A program made the position numbers and the translations under genes. A stretch of DNA of 64,000 nt, from assembly GCF_018350175.1 (NCBI RefSeq), contig NC_058368.1, forward strand, positions 83,082,001 to 83,146,000, given 5' to 3'. Below the pieces are notes generated by a model, which saw only the letters and a list, made by a program, of their open reading frames with translations, made no database searches and was not told the origin of the DNA. Every line of letters starts with the position of its first letter. Position 1 is the first letter of the stretch. This document shows, one piece after another, positions 24,201 to 36,800 of this stretch. The DNA comes from Felis catus (lineage: Eukaryota).

Positions 24201-27200
24201 AAATATGCACTATATGATCTCAGTCTTTTTGTACTGGCTGAGGGCTGATTTGTGTCCCAGTCTGTGGTCTATTCTGGAGAATGTTCTATGTGCACTGGAG
24301 AAGAATGTATATTCCACTTCTTTAGGATAAAATGTTCTGAATATATCTGTTAAGTCCATCTGGTCTAGTGTGTCATTCAAATCCATTGTTTCTTTCTTGA
24401 TTTTTTGATTAGATGATCTGTCAGTTGCTGTGAGTGGGATGTTGATGTCTCCTACTATTATGGTATTACTATCAATGAGTTTCTTTATGTTTGTGATTAA
24501 TTGATTTATATATTTGGGTGCTTTCACATTTGGTGCATAAATGTTTACAACCGTTAGGTCTTCTTGGTGGATAGACCCCTTAATTATAGTACAAGACCCT
24601 TCTTCATCTCTTGATACAGTCTTTATTTTGACGTCTGGGTTGTCTAATATAAGTATGGCTACTCCAGCTTTCTTTTGTTGACCATTAGCATTATAGATGG
24701 TTCTCAATCCCCTTATTTTCAACCTGAAGGTATCTTTAGGTCTAAAGTGGGTCTCTTGTAAACAGCATATAAATGGATCTTGTTTTCTTATCCATTCTGT
24801 TACCATATGTCTTTTTATTGGAGCATTTAGTCCATTGAAATTTAGAGTGAGTACTGAAAGATGTGAATTTATTGCCATTATGTTGCTTGTAGAGGTGGAG
24901 TTTCTGGTGGTGTTTTCTGGTCCTTTCTAAGCTTTGTTGCTTTTGGTCTTTATTTATTATTATTTATTTTTATTTTTTTCATCTTTTGTCCCCTCAGAGA
25001 GTCACCCTTAAAATTTCTTGCAGGGCTGGATTAGTGGTCACAAACTCCTTTAATTTTTGTTTGTCTAGGAAACTTTTTATCTCTCCTTCTATTTTGAATG
25101 ACAGCCTTGCTGGATAAAGAACTCTTGGCTGCATATTTTTCTGATTCAGCACATTGAATATACTCTGCCATTCCTTTCTGGCCTTCCAAGTTTCTGTGGA
25201 TAGTACTGCTGCATACCTGATCTATCTTCCCTTATAGGTTAAGGACTGTTTTTTTTTTCCCCTTGCTGCTTTCATGATTCTCTCCTTGCCTGAGTATTTG
25301 TGAATTTGACTATGATATGCTTTCTTGATGGTTGGATTTTGTTGAATCTAGTGGAATTCCTTTGTGCTTCCTGGATTTTGATGTCTGCGTCTTTCCCCAG
25401 GTTAGGAAAGTTTTATGCTATGATTTCTTCACATAGCCCTTCTACCCTATTTCTATCTCTTCCTCTTCTGTGACCCCTATGATTCTGATGTTGTTCTTTT
25501 TTAATGAGTCACTGATATATCTGTTTCTTAAATTGTGTTCTTTTGCCTTATATCCCCTCTATTTTCTGCTTCATTGTTCTCCATAAGTTTGTCCTCTATA
25601 TAGCTGATTCTCTGTTCTGCCTCATCCACCATTTGAGATTGCAGCTCAGTTATAGCATTTTTTATTTCATCCCGACTAGGTTTTATCTCTGCAGAAAATG
25701 ATTCTAATCTGTTTTCAATCCCAGCTAATATTCTTAATATCATGATTCTAAATTCTGATTCAGACATCTTGCTTGTATCTGTGTTGTAAATTCCCTGGAT
25801 GTCACTTCTTCCTGTTCTTTCCTTCAGGGTGAATTCCTTCATTTTGTCATTTTGAGGGAGAAAAGCAATTAATAAGGTAAACAATTTAAAATTAAAAAAA
25901 TTAAAAACTCTACAAAAATCAAATAAAGTAATCTAGATCCTAGGTGTGTCCTGGTGTGTTTGTTGAAAGGAGCTTGAGAGATTAGAGAAAAAAGGGAAAG
26001 ATATAAAAGAAAAGAAAGGAAAGGAAAAGCAAAGAAAAGAAAGGAAAATTTCTGAAAATTTGAAAAAAATGAATACAGTGAAATAGTATAAAATGAAATG
26101 ATGGAAGTAAAAAATAGAATATTAAAAAGTTACAAACAATAAAAATATAGTAGAAAACAAATAAGTAATATTATTTTTAATAGAAATGGAAAGTAAAGAT
26201 AATTTTTCCTCTTTCTGTATTCAAGGATAAGAAAAGAAAACAAATTGGATAGATGGACAAGCAAACAGACCGAAGTATGATTGAAATTACATCGGTTTCT
26301 GCTACAAGTCAAACTATGAAGCACTTTATAGTCTGTAAACTAAGTAAGCGGAAAGACTTGTGTTGTTCCTGAAGAGGGAGGTTGGCCCAGTTGAGCATGG
26401 CTTAGTGTAATGGCACCATTGTACATTAGATGGTGGTGATTAGATTACTGGGGTGGATTGTTGTGGCAGCTATAGGTGTGTATGCACATGCACAGGAGGG
26501 GTGAAAATGGCATCACCCAGCTACCCAGTCTCTAGTATCAGAACTCTGTGCTCTTCCTGATTAGCAATCTTGCACCTTTCCTTTCTGTCCAGCTTCTGTC
26601 CACTCCCACTTTTACACTGTCTGTGACCAACCAATCAAGTTTTCAGGTGGCACCTCCCTCCTGAGTTTTATCTCACACGTGGCTGTGTTTCCCAACCCCT
26701 CACTTCTGAGGGACTGTGGCTTTGTCCCGCTCAAACATTCTTGGGGAATGTCTCACTGACCAATGGCTGGCTGCCAGCCCACTCCCAAGAATGGGAGACC
26801 GTGCTGCTGCTGATGCCCAAAGCATCAGCCCACCGCAGAAAAAGTTCACACAATTGTGTAACAGCAGTGTTTCAGGGATTATGGAAAATCACAACTCACA
26901 TCTGGCACCAGGCTTCCCCCTTAATGTCTTTGTTCCAGCACCAGTGAATATGGTTGTTCTCTGGGCTCCATTAGGACCTTTGCCTATGGGGAGACCACAC
27001 AGCCTCTACCAAATGTCCTCCCAGCAGGGGAACTGTCTCTCCCCCTTTGGCTCAAGGACCCCAAGGACCTCCCTCTCTGCTTGTGAGGATTTGCACTTCC
27101 CACCAGAGCACCACCAGGTATGGATCTACAGAGTTTCAGACTCTGCACTCCTCCTGTTTGTAAAGTCTTAATGGAATTTAAACACTCTCTTTACTCCGTT

Positions 27201-27523
27201 TTTTGATCAATCCCTTGCATACTCTTTCTTTTCTCTCCAGATGCTTTCAGGTGGGGGTAATGTTTTCCACACTCTCCACCCCTGGCTCTGTTCTCTTTCT
27301 GCAAGCAAAACCAGCTCCCTGCCCTCTGCAGCTTTCTCCCCCAGTTCACTTCTCTGTGCTGCATACCTGCTAAGTTCTCTGGTTCATGTTGTGAAGATTT
27401 TTGTGTTAATCCTCAAATCAGTTTTCTAGGTGTGCAGGATGGTTTAGTGTTGATCTGGCTGTATTTCATTGATGAGAGACACAAAAAACTTATATGCTAT
27501 TCCGCCATCTTGGCACCTCCTTC

Positions 27524-27612
27524 TGAATGACTAAATTCTACCCCCGAAACCAATATTACACTACATGTTAGCTAACTAGAATTTAAATAAAAAATTGTAA
27601 CAAACAAAAAAT
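27524..27612 (+). mobile_element. Short L1 3' terminus abutting the 5' end of the minus-strand L1
   Basis: tgaatgactaaattctacccccgaaaccaatattacactacatgttagctaactagaatttaaataaaaa. Confidence 0.75.
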
Positions 27613-28754
27613 ATCCTTTTTGTAACAATGGAAATTTATCATTAAATATGCATTGACATACTCTATTTTAATAAAATATTAATTAGCACCAAATATGCAT
27701 TTGGATTTTCTGTAATACAGGATATTGTTGATACTATAAATGGTTACTTCCACTACTACTTCTGGAATTATTTGATGAGAACATTCTAAAAATAAGTACA
27801 AGTTTTATTGTTATTAATGAAAACTTCTTATCTGTTATTTTAAATTGGTGCATTAATATGGACAAAGCAGTATTTTTATGGTTTGTTTTCTTTGATAAAT
27901 CAGATTGAAGCTCCATGCTTCTTTATTTGACATAAATCTGATCATCCATTGCTAGTTCTATGAAATGACCTAATGAACTGATGCTTTTAACTCTCAATCC
28001 TCTTTTTCAAAATTAAGCACACATGAAATAATAGCAAATATCAGGAAAATAAAAATAAAGTTATGACATTTGATTTATTCATCAAAATCCAAAAGCTACT
28101 TTTCTAAATTGACAATCTTAAACATTCTCCAAGCATACTTATAATTTTATTTAATCTCATGAGGACTTCTCATTCATTACTTGCCCTCATCAACCCTTCC
28201 TGACTTAACTCTTTTCTATTAACAAATTAGTACTCATGATACATATTCAATCTTTTTCATTTCCAGTGCTGTAAATTCCATTGTCCTGCACCTTCTGGAG
28301 AATGACCTAACCAGTTCAATCTATTTTTATATTCTGAGTGCTGATGGAACAAAATTCCACAGCTTTTTTGTTTGTGTTATTACCATAAATAATTTTTGTT
28401 TTGTGTGTCCTCAAAACCATCCATTTTTTCAGAATTTCTCAAGAATTACTCAGAGGTTTCATCATAGAACTTACTCACAGGTAAGATTTGTTATAATGAA
28501 ATAGGATACACAGTAGGATACTGAGGAGAAAAGACAGAGTCCAGATGAATCCATATGCAGTCTTCCTCACACTTCCTCCATCTGTGAGATGTCACTTGGA
28601 GCAGATTTTTCTCTCAGTAATGAAAATGGAACACTGATGATGTGAACCTGGTAGCTTTCTGTTTCCTAAATAATTAATGGTTCAGCTGTTAGAAGTACTG
28701 TTAGCAGACAGCTTTCATCTATATACCCCCTCAGGGATTCCTTCACCTTTATAT

Positions 28755-29172
28755 AGCTCCTCTCTCGAGAGGAAAAGAGAGAGAGAGGGAGAGCGAGAGG
28801 GAGAGCAAGTTGGGGGAGAGAGAGAGAGAGAGAGAGAGAAAGATCTTGCTCTCTCTCTCTCCTAAAGTGTAAAATCATAATCCCCCCCCCCGCCTATAAA
28901 CTCATAATCCCCTCCCAGCTCAAACTCCTGAATTGTAAGATCATGACCTGTGCTGAAGTGGGACAGTAAACTGACTGGGGGGGGGGGGGAGGAGAGAGAG
29001 AGATCTCGCTCTCCCTCTCGCTCTCCTCTCGAGAGAGAGAGAGAGGAAGAGAGAGAGAGAGAGGAGAGCGAGAGGGAGAGTGAGCGAGCGAGAGAGAGGG
29101 AGAGCGAGAGGGAGAGCAAGCGGGGGGAAGGAGAGAGAGAAGAGAGAGAGGCGAGAGAGGAGAGAGAGAGGG
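28755..29172. repeat. Complex GA/TC low-complexity region with an embedded minus-strand SINE remnant (~28915-28978)
   Basis: Long (GA)n/GAGC tracts flipping to (TC)n; SINE-like ctcaaactcctgaattgtaagatcatgacctgtgctgaagt...aactgactg. Confidence 0.85.
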
Positions 29173-29201
29173 ACTCCTCCCACCCTGAGGCTCAAACTCT
29201 T

Positions 29202-29431
29202 TTTTTTTTTTTTCAAATTTTTTTTCAACGTTTTTTATTTATTTTGGGGACAGAGAGAGACAGAGCATGAACGGGGGAGGGGCAGAGAGAGAAGGAGACA
29301 CAGAATCGGAAACAGGCTCCAGGCTCTGAGCCATCAGCCCAGAGCCTGACGCGGGGCTCGAACTCACGGACCGCGAGATCGTGACCTGGCTGAAGTCAGA
29401 CGCTTAACGGACTGCGCCACCCAGGCGCCCC
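29202..29431 (-). mobile_element. Young felid Can-SINE (CpG-rich)
   Basis: Retains many CpGs; TSD aggctcaaactctt at 29188-29201 and 29432-29445. Confidence 0.97.
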
Positions 29432-29472
29432 AGGCTCAAACTCTTAAAGCGTAAAATTATAACCCCACCCAC

Positions 29473-29512
<40 letters not shown>

Positions 29513-29519
29513 ATTTGCC

Positions 29520-30560
29520 TAAGGAAGGGAATAATTCATGATCAGTGTGGGAATGTGAAAATCCATTCATGTCCACCAACTCAGGCCAAATCCAAAGGGC
29601 TATTCCAACTGTGTACTTCCTTACTGGGTAAGCCAAAACTGTTTTATAAAACTAGAAATTGGGTCACTTGCCATGCAGAAGTCAGTGTGCATGTATGTAG
29701 AGCACAGGGTCCTTGCTTCAAAGTAGGGGTCCAAGTTTTAGAACAGGGAATGGAGAAGTGAGATAATACATAGAAGGGCATTCAATAACTTGTGAAATGT
29801 GTCAGGTTTTTGAGAAACATGGGGTAAATAGTAACTGTAACTGAATAGGATATCTATCACTAAGTCAATTGATGATCTGGAAGAATAACCAAAAGAAGAA
29901 ATTAATTAATTATCATTTGAAAGCTAAATGTGAAAGCCAGAGGGGCTCCTTTGGAATGGCTCATCTTCTGCAGTGGGAAACCAGAGAAAATGGAAGCCAA
30001 GGCCAAGCATCTAATAGAGCAAGTAGTGGAGCTCCAATGAAGTTGTGTTATCAATCAAGGAAGGTCTGCTATGCCAAGGCCATGGGTAGGAAAAAATGAG
30101 TCCTACATTACAGGACAACACTCCTAAATTTATTGTGTCCCTATATTTGTTTAAACCATCTTAAGGTACTAAACAGGTCCGCTCTCCTTCAATACCTATC
30201 AGTCTTCCCTTAATCAGAGGTTTTGCACAGGATTCTACTGCCCAAAATGCCATATGCTTCTTTATGATATACCTCAATTTCCCCTCTTGGAAATTAGGTC
30301 AATCAATGGGTTTAAGTTATAGTGTAACTTGACGGGGGAGATGAATCTGGTAAAAGTGAAAAGGAAATATACCCCATAGAGTTGCAATCTCTGATCTGTA
30401 TCACCAGGAGCTGGTAGATTACAAGTGGAAGTGGATCCTTAGCATGCTTTTCAAGTAAGGCAAAATATATACCAATAAGAATGTTTAACAACTCAAAACA
30501 CTCTACTGGGACACAGAACATAACACTCTAGTAATCACTCAAGAAATGTCCCACACTTTC
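29520..30560 (+). mobile_element. Degenerate ERVL-class internal (gag-like) remnant
   Basis: aagctaaatgtgaaagccagagggg...ggagctcca...aggtctgctatgccaaggcc resembles ERVL-class internal sequence from memory; boundaries are uncertain. Confidence 0.4.
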
Positions 30561-30789
30561 TACTTTAATACCTCCTAGAAGCATTAGAATTTGGGTCCAT
30601 ATAAAAAAAAAACAAAATCTCCTGAAATGGACAAAAATAAATGTAAGTATATTATGACAACTCTGTAATTTTTAGTCACTCTATGTAATTGATTCCCTAA
30701 AGCAAAAATAATGCATTTCAAAGTTTATAATGTAAGTAAGGGTACTACTTAAAAACAGGTTCAATAGAATATATCAACATAAATATAGA

Positions 30790-31224
30790 TACATACTTAG
30801 ATGGAAATAAATTTATTATGTGTGATTGGCTCATGTGACTATGGTAGTACCAAGTTCTGCTGTCTGCAAGCTGAACACCCAATATAGCAGATGCTGTACT
30901 TCCAGTTCAAACATGAAGACTTGAGAGTCAGGGGGAGGCAACAGTGTAAGTGTCTGAAGCTTGAGAACCAGGAACAATAATGTCCAAGGGTAAGAGAAAT
31001 TGAATATACCAGTGTATGCACATACAAATGTGTCCTTCTGCATTTTCATTGTATTCAGTCCCTGAATTGAAGTACATCTGCATTGGTAAGGGAAATTTCT
31101 TTACTCAGTTCACATACTCTAATGGTACTCTCTTCTGGAAACACACAGACACTCTGAGAAATGTCTTAACAGCTATCTGGGCATCCCTAACTCCATTAAG
31201 TTTACACATAAAATTAACCAACAC
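30790..31224 (-). mobile_element. MLT2-like (ERVL) LTR
   Basis: attggctcatgtgactatgg...ctgtctgcaagctg...ttactcagttcac...agctatctgggcatccct...acacataaaattaaccaacaca. Confidence 0.7.
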
Positions 31225-31659
31225 AATTAGTATAAATAATTTCATAAAAATAATTATATTGTTATAAAGTTATTCTACTACATGCAAAATGATACAATGT
31301 TAGTCAAAGATAAATTCTAATGAATATAATATGTATACTGTAAATTCTATAACAAAAAAAATAAAGAGTTAAATAAATTATGCTCCATGCCTTACAAGGG
31401 TGGTAGGTTTTCCATAACTGGATATTAGGGAAATATAAATCAATGCCACAAATGATCAATAAGGTAAGATGCTCAACATTAGTAGTCATTGGGAAAATGA
31501 AAATTGAACTCCAGATTATATACTATCAGTTATTTTCCAGAACAGATAAAAATTAGAAAAATAACAGACACTACTAAAAGAAATATACTTGGCAACATCT
31601 ATTGAATTTGAACACACACCTTGTGAATCCATACCTGCAGCAAGAGACATAGACATGAA

Positions 31660-31707
31660 TATTTCATTTCATTTCATTTCATTTCATTTCATTTCATTTC
31701 ATTTCAT
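31660..31707. repeat. (ATTTC)n microsatellite
   Basis: Read directly. Confidence 0.95.
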
Positions 31708-32219
31708 CTAGAAGCAACATAAATGTATATCAGTAATCAAATGCATAGACTCATGTTACCATCACCATGATCTAAATAATAAACATATTACATATATGTG
31801 TATGTGTGTGTGTGTTTATATATATCCCCAACTCATTAAGTTTCTTGTATATGTGTTATACCTCTATGTACCTGGAAAAGTAATCAAATGTATACATAAA
31901 TTGCAGTATAATTGAGCAATGGGCACTTAACAGTTACATTGTACAATATTTTATACCAGCCATATGAAATTATTAAGCACCAAAGATAATCAGAATTGGT
32001 TTATACTCTAAATATAAAATGCATAGTATGTGTTTAACATCACACATAAAAATAACATAAAATATTTCAGCAAAATTTTTGTAGCAATTGCATATGTTAA
32101 TAGCATTTTAGATATGTGGCAATAAATAAAATATGTTCCTAAAATCATTTTCTTTTTACTTGTTTAGTGTATTTATAACTACATGTGTTTTCACTGGAGA
32201 AAATGGTTGTTTATTAATT

Positions 32220-32507
32220 TTCAATATATGAAATTTATTGTCAAATTGGTTTCCATACAACACCCAGTGCTCATCCCAAAAGATGCCCTCCTCGATACCC
32301 ATCACCCACCCTCCCCTCCCTCCCACCCCCCATCAACCCTCAGTTTGTTCTCAGTTTTTAACAGTCTCCTATGCTTTGGCTCTCTCCCACTCTAACCTCC
32401 TTTTTTTTTTTCCTTCCCCTCCCCCATGGGTTTCTGTTAAGTTTCTCAGGATCCACAGAAGAGTGAAACCATATGGTATCTGTCTTTCTCTGTATGGCTT
32501 ATTTCAC
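32220..32507 (-). mobile_element. Young 5'-truncated felid L1 (3'UTR region)
   Basis: Nearly the reverse complement of ~14690-14980; TSD ttgtttattaattt at 32206-32219 and 32508-32521. Confidence 0.95.
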
Positions 32508-33831
32508 TTGTTTATTAATTTAAAGATGACATACATGGTACAGAGCTAGTGATGTACTATTCATTAAGCATAAATGTGTTTGTTTTATGAAAAATTATTA
32601 TTATTGAAGTTCTATTTTGTGTAATGCCTAACTCAATAAAAAATATTATTTAAAAAAAATGAATGTAATGTTGGTAAGGAATATTTAGAACAAAATATAA
32701 AGCATTTTATATACTTATTTTATCTGAAGAAAAAACTGTAAGTAATGAAGTAAATATTAATCTGAATAACGTAAAAAGGCCAGCAAAATATATCTAAGGG
32801 AATAGGAAGGTATGGAATAGTAGGGATAAGAGTAGAAATATGTGCAATAAAAGGAAAACATATGGTATATGGGGTCTAAAAAGCAAATATTTGACAAATT
32901 TTGAGATTGGTAAAAATACAGAGAAAAAAATTTTAAATATCAGAATAATAAAATGAAGCAAAAGCACATAATATGCAGAAATATGTGATATATTTGTATA
33001 TTATAGTCATATTTTTTGCCATATGTTTGTTACTTTACCTGAAAAATGAAAGTTGATACCATAGTTATCGAAGGTAAATATTGTAAATTCAGTATCTTTA
33101 AATATAAACAAAATAATATATTCTCATGAGAAAACATTCACAAGAAATATTAACCTTATTAAGTAGCATTGCTTTTATTAGTACTATTTCTATTATTTTG
33201 AGGCACCTACTATAAGAGAAAGCAATCAATATTTATGCTAATATTGTTAAGAACCAAGACTTTTTTTAGTGTTAAGTGAAAATACACTAAACATATAGAA
33301 ACAAATAATTGAAGTAAAATTGTGTAATTTTAATTTTAATAAGAAATATAAAATCATGACTAATTTCTCTAAGTAATTCATATTTTCTATCTATTGCAGA
33401 ATCATAAGAGCCATACCAACTAGTAACAAGAGTCACTCCAGTTTCCTAAACATGGTACTTAGATAAAATTCTCAGGTACAACATCAACAATTTGTAGGGG
33501 AATGCTCATGATGAACTTAAAACATCTTTTTCCAGCAAGCAAGAAAGATATCAAATAATAATGAGGTCAGATCAAAGAGGCAGGACCTCAACTTGAAAGG
33601 ATTACACTGGCCAAAGAGGGAATAATTTGAACATCAAAGCAATAATAATAATAATAAACTTTAAAACATCAATTTTAAGAAATCTCCCAGTTCCTACTGA
33701 TGCCTCTTCATCCAAATAAAATCATTATTTACTACTGGGAGAGGGAAACTACACATCTTGCCTTCACAATATGAATTATATTAGTGTAACTGAATAATTT
33801 TTAAAGTTTTAACTATAAAATTCAGAAAAGA

Positions 33832-36800
33832 GGAACTGGGAAGATGGTGGCATAGGAGGATGGTTGTGCTCACAGCGTCCTGCTGAGCACGTAGATTCCA
33901 CCCACATCTGCCTAAATAACCCAGAAAACTGCCAGAAGACTAGCAGAATGGACTCTCTGGAGCCACGCATAGACGAGAGGCCCACAAAAGAGGGTAAGAA
34001 GGGCAGAGGTGGTGCACGTTACATGGACTGGCAGGAGGGAGCCAGGGTGGTGGACTGGCAGCCAGCCCACCCAGCAAGGCAGAGCCCCCAAGTCTGGCTT
34101 GCAAAAGTGGAGGGGCTGGACGGAGTATATTCTGACAGCCAACAGGACTTAACATCTGGAATAAGTCAACAGCTCTGCTCTGAGAGTGGGAGGGCTAAAG
34201 GACAACGGGAGGAAGAGTTGTTGAGCCCCAAACGACAGAGCTCAGCTAGGTGGGGAACAAAGGCACTGGGAAACACCATCTCCGTTGCCCATCCCCCAGC
34301 CAAAATCCCAAAGGGAACCAGTTGCCAGCAGGAACTTGCTTGCACTGTGCAAACACACAATGCTGTGCTTCTGTGGATCCATCCTTCCAATGCGTCTGCC
34401 TCCCTCCGGTGCCACTGGGCCCCTCTGGAAGCGGACCACCAAAGGCAAAGTGAGATGAGCCTGCCTCTCCCACCCCTGTGCACCTTGCAGATCCACCCCG
34501 GTTAATACACCAGATCCCATCCAAGCACCACAAGCTTGGCAGTGTGCAAGTAGCCAAGACAGAGGAAACACCACTACACAGACAGTCCTGCCCCTGGGAG
34601 AGGGGAAGATAAGGTACACACCAGTCTGACTGTGGCCCCAGCAGTGGGCTGGGGCAGACATCATCTAACTGCGGCCCCACCAACCAATGCAAGTTACTCC
34701 AGACAGCACAGGGGAAGAGCCCTGCAGTTCCCCGCCACTCCAGGGACTATCCAAAATGATGAAATGGAAGAATTCTCCTCAAAAAAAACTCCAGGAAGTA
34801 GCAACAGCTAAAGAACTGATCAAAAACTATTTAAGCAATATAGCAGAAAATGAATTTAAAATAGTAGTCATAAAAGTAATTGCTGGGCTTGAAAAAAAGT
34901 ATAGAGGACAGCAGAGAATCTATTACTACAGAGTTCAAGGGACTAAGAAACAGTCAGGAAGACCTAAATAAATGCTATAAATGAGTTACAAAATAAAATG
35001 GAGGCAACCACAGCTCAGATTGAAGAGGCAGAGGAGAAAATAGGTGAATTAGAAGATAAAATTATGGAAAAAGAAGAAGCTGAGAAAAAGAGAGATAAAA
35101 AAATCCAGGAGTATGAGGGGAAAATTAGAGAACTAAGTGACATAATTAAATGAAATAATATATGCATCAATGGGATTACAGAGGAAGAAGAGAGAGGGAA
35201 AGTTGTTGAAGGTGTACTTGAAGAAATCATAGATGAGAACTTCAATGAACTGAGGAAGGAAAAATGTGTTGAAATCCAGAGGCACAGAGAACTCCCTTCA
35301 GACATAACTTCAATAGAACTTCTGCATGACATATCATGGTAAAACTGGCAAAATACAAGGATAAAGACAGAATTTTGGGATAAACATGTTCTAACATATA
35401 AAGGGAGACCAAAAACACTCGTGACGGATCTGTCTACTGAAACTTGGCAGGCAAGAAGGGAATGGCAGGAAATCTTCAATGTGATGAACAGAAAAAAATG
35501 CAGCCGAGAATCCTTTATCCAGCAAGTCTGTCATTTAAAATAGGAGAGATAAAGGTCTTCCCAAATAAAAACTGAAGGAATTCACCACTAAACCAGCCCT
35601 AAGGGGGCTGCTAAGGGGGATCCTGTAAGACAAAGTACCAGACACATCACTACAAGCATGAAACCTACAGACATCACAATGACTCTAAACCCATATCATT
35701 CTATAATAACACTGAATCTAAATGGACTAAATACTCCAACCAAAAGACATACAGTATCAGAATGGATAAAAAAAACAAGACCCATCTATTTGCTGTCTAC
35801 AAGAGAGTCATTTTAGACCTGAGGACACCTTCAGATTGAAAGTGAGGGGATGGAGAGCTATCTATCATGCTACTGGAAGTCAAAAGAAAGCTCGAGTAGC
35901 CATGCTTATATCAGACAAACCAGACTGTAAATTAAAGGCTGTAACAAGAGATGAAGAAGCGCATTATAGAATAATTACAGGGTCTATCCATAAAGAAGAG
36001 ATAACAATTATAAATGTCTATGCACCAAATACGGGAGCCCCCAAATATATAAACAATTAATCACAAACATAAGTAGCCTTATTGATAAGAATGTGGTAAC
36101 TGCAGGGGACTTTAGTACTCCACTTACAACATTGGATAGTTCATCTAGACACAGGATCAATAAAGAAACAAGGGCCCTGAGTGGTACGCTGTATCAAATG
36201 TACTTGACAGATATATTTAGAACTCTGCATCTCAAAGCAACAGAATATACTTTCTTCTCGAGTGCACATGGAACCTTCTCTAAGATAGATCACATACTGG
36301 GTCACAAAAGAACCCTTCATAAGTATATAAGAATTGAGATAACACCATGCATACTTTCAGACCACAATATGATGAATATTGAAATCAACCACAGGAAAAA
36401 GTATGGAAAAACTCCAAAGGTATGGAGGTTAAGGAATACCCTACTAAAGAATGAATGGGTCAAACAGGGAATGAGACAAGAAATTAAAAAAATATATGGA
36501 AACAAGTGAAAATGAAAATACAACAATCCAAATGCTTTGGGATGCAACAAAGGCAGTCCTGAGAGGAAAATACATTGCAATCCAGGCCTATCTCAAGAAA
36601 CAAGAAAAATCCCAAATACAAAATCTAACAGCACACCTAAGGAACTAGAAGCAGAACAGCAAAGACACCCCAGACACAGTAGCAGAAGAGAAATAATGAA
36701 GATCAGAGAAGAAATAAACAATATAGAATCTAAAAAAACTATAGAGCAGATCAATAAAACCAAGAGTTGGTTTTTTTGAAAAAATAAACAAAATTGATAA

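Larger units (their letters stand above)
21000..24878 (-). pseudogene. L1 ORF2 remnant
   Basis: ORF pieces 24210-24878 (endonuclease), 23491-23790, 22981-23190, 22467-22679 and 20991-21314. Confidence 0.9.
20770..27523 (-). mobile_element. Full-length older carnivore LINE-1 with long (~1.7 kb) 5'UTR
   Basis: 5' end GGAGGTGCCAAGATGGCGGA (YY1-like) at ~27520-27501. ORF1 remnant from 25850, ORF2 from 24878 (MAINSHLSVLTLNFNGLNAPIKR), 3'UTR and poly-T at ~20770. No clear TSD. Confidence 0.93.

Noticed and set aside
20732..27633. Possible TSD for the minus-strand L1 (acaatggaa at 20732 and 27625)
   Set aside because: Only 9 bp and not adjacent to the element ends; likely chance in AT-rich DNA.
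28666..29349. ER/SL-rich ORFs resembling SR-like proteins
   Set aside because: Translations of GA/TC repeats and SINE sequence.
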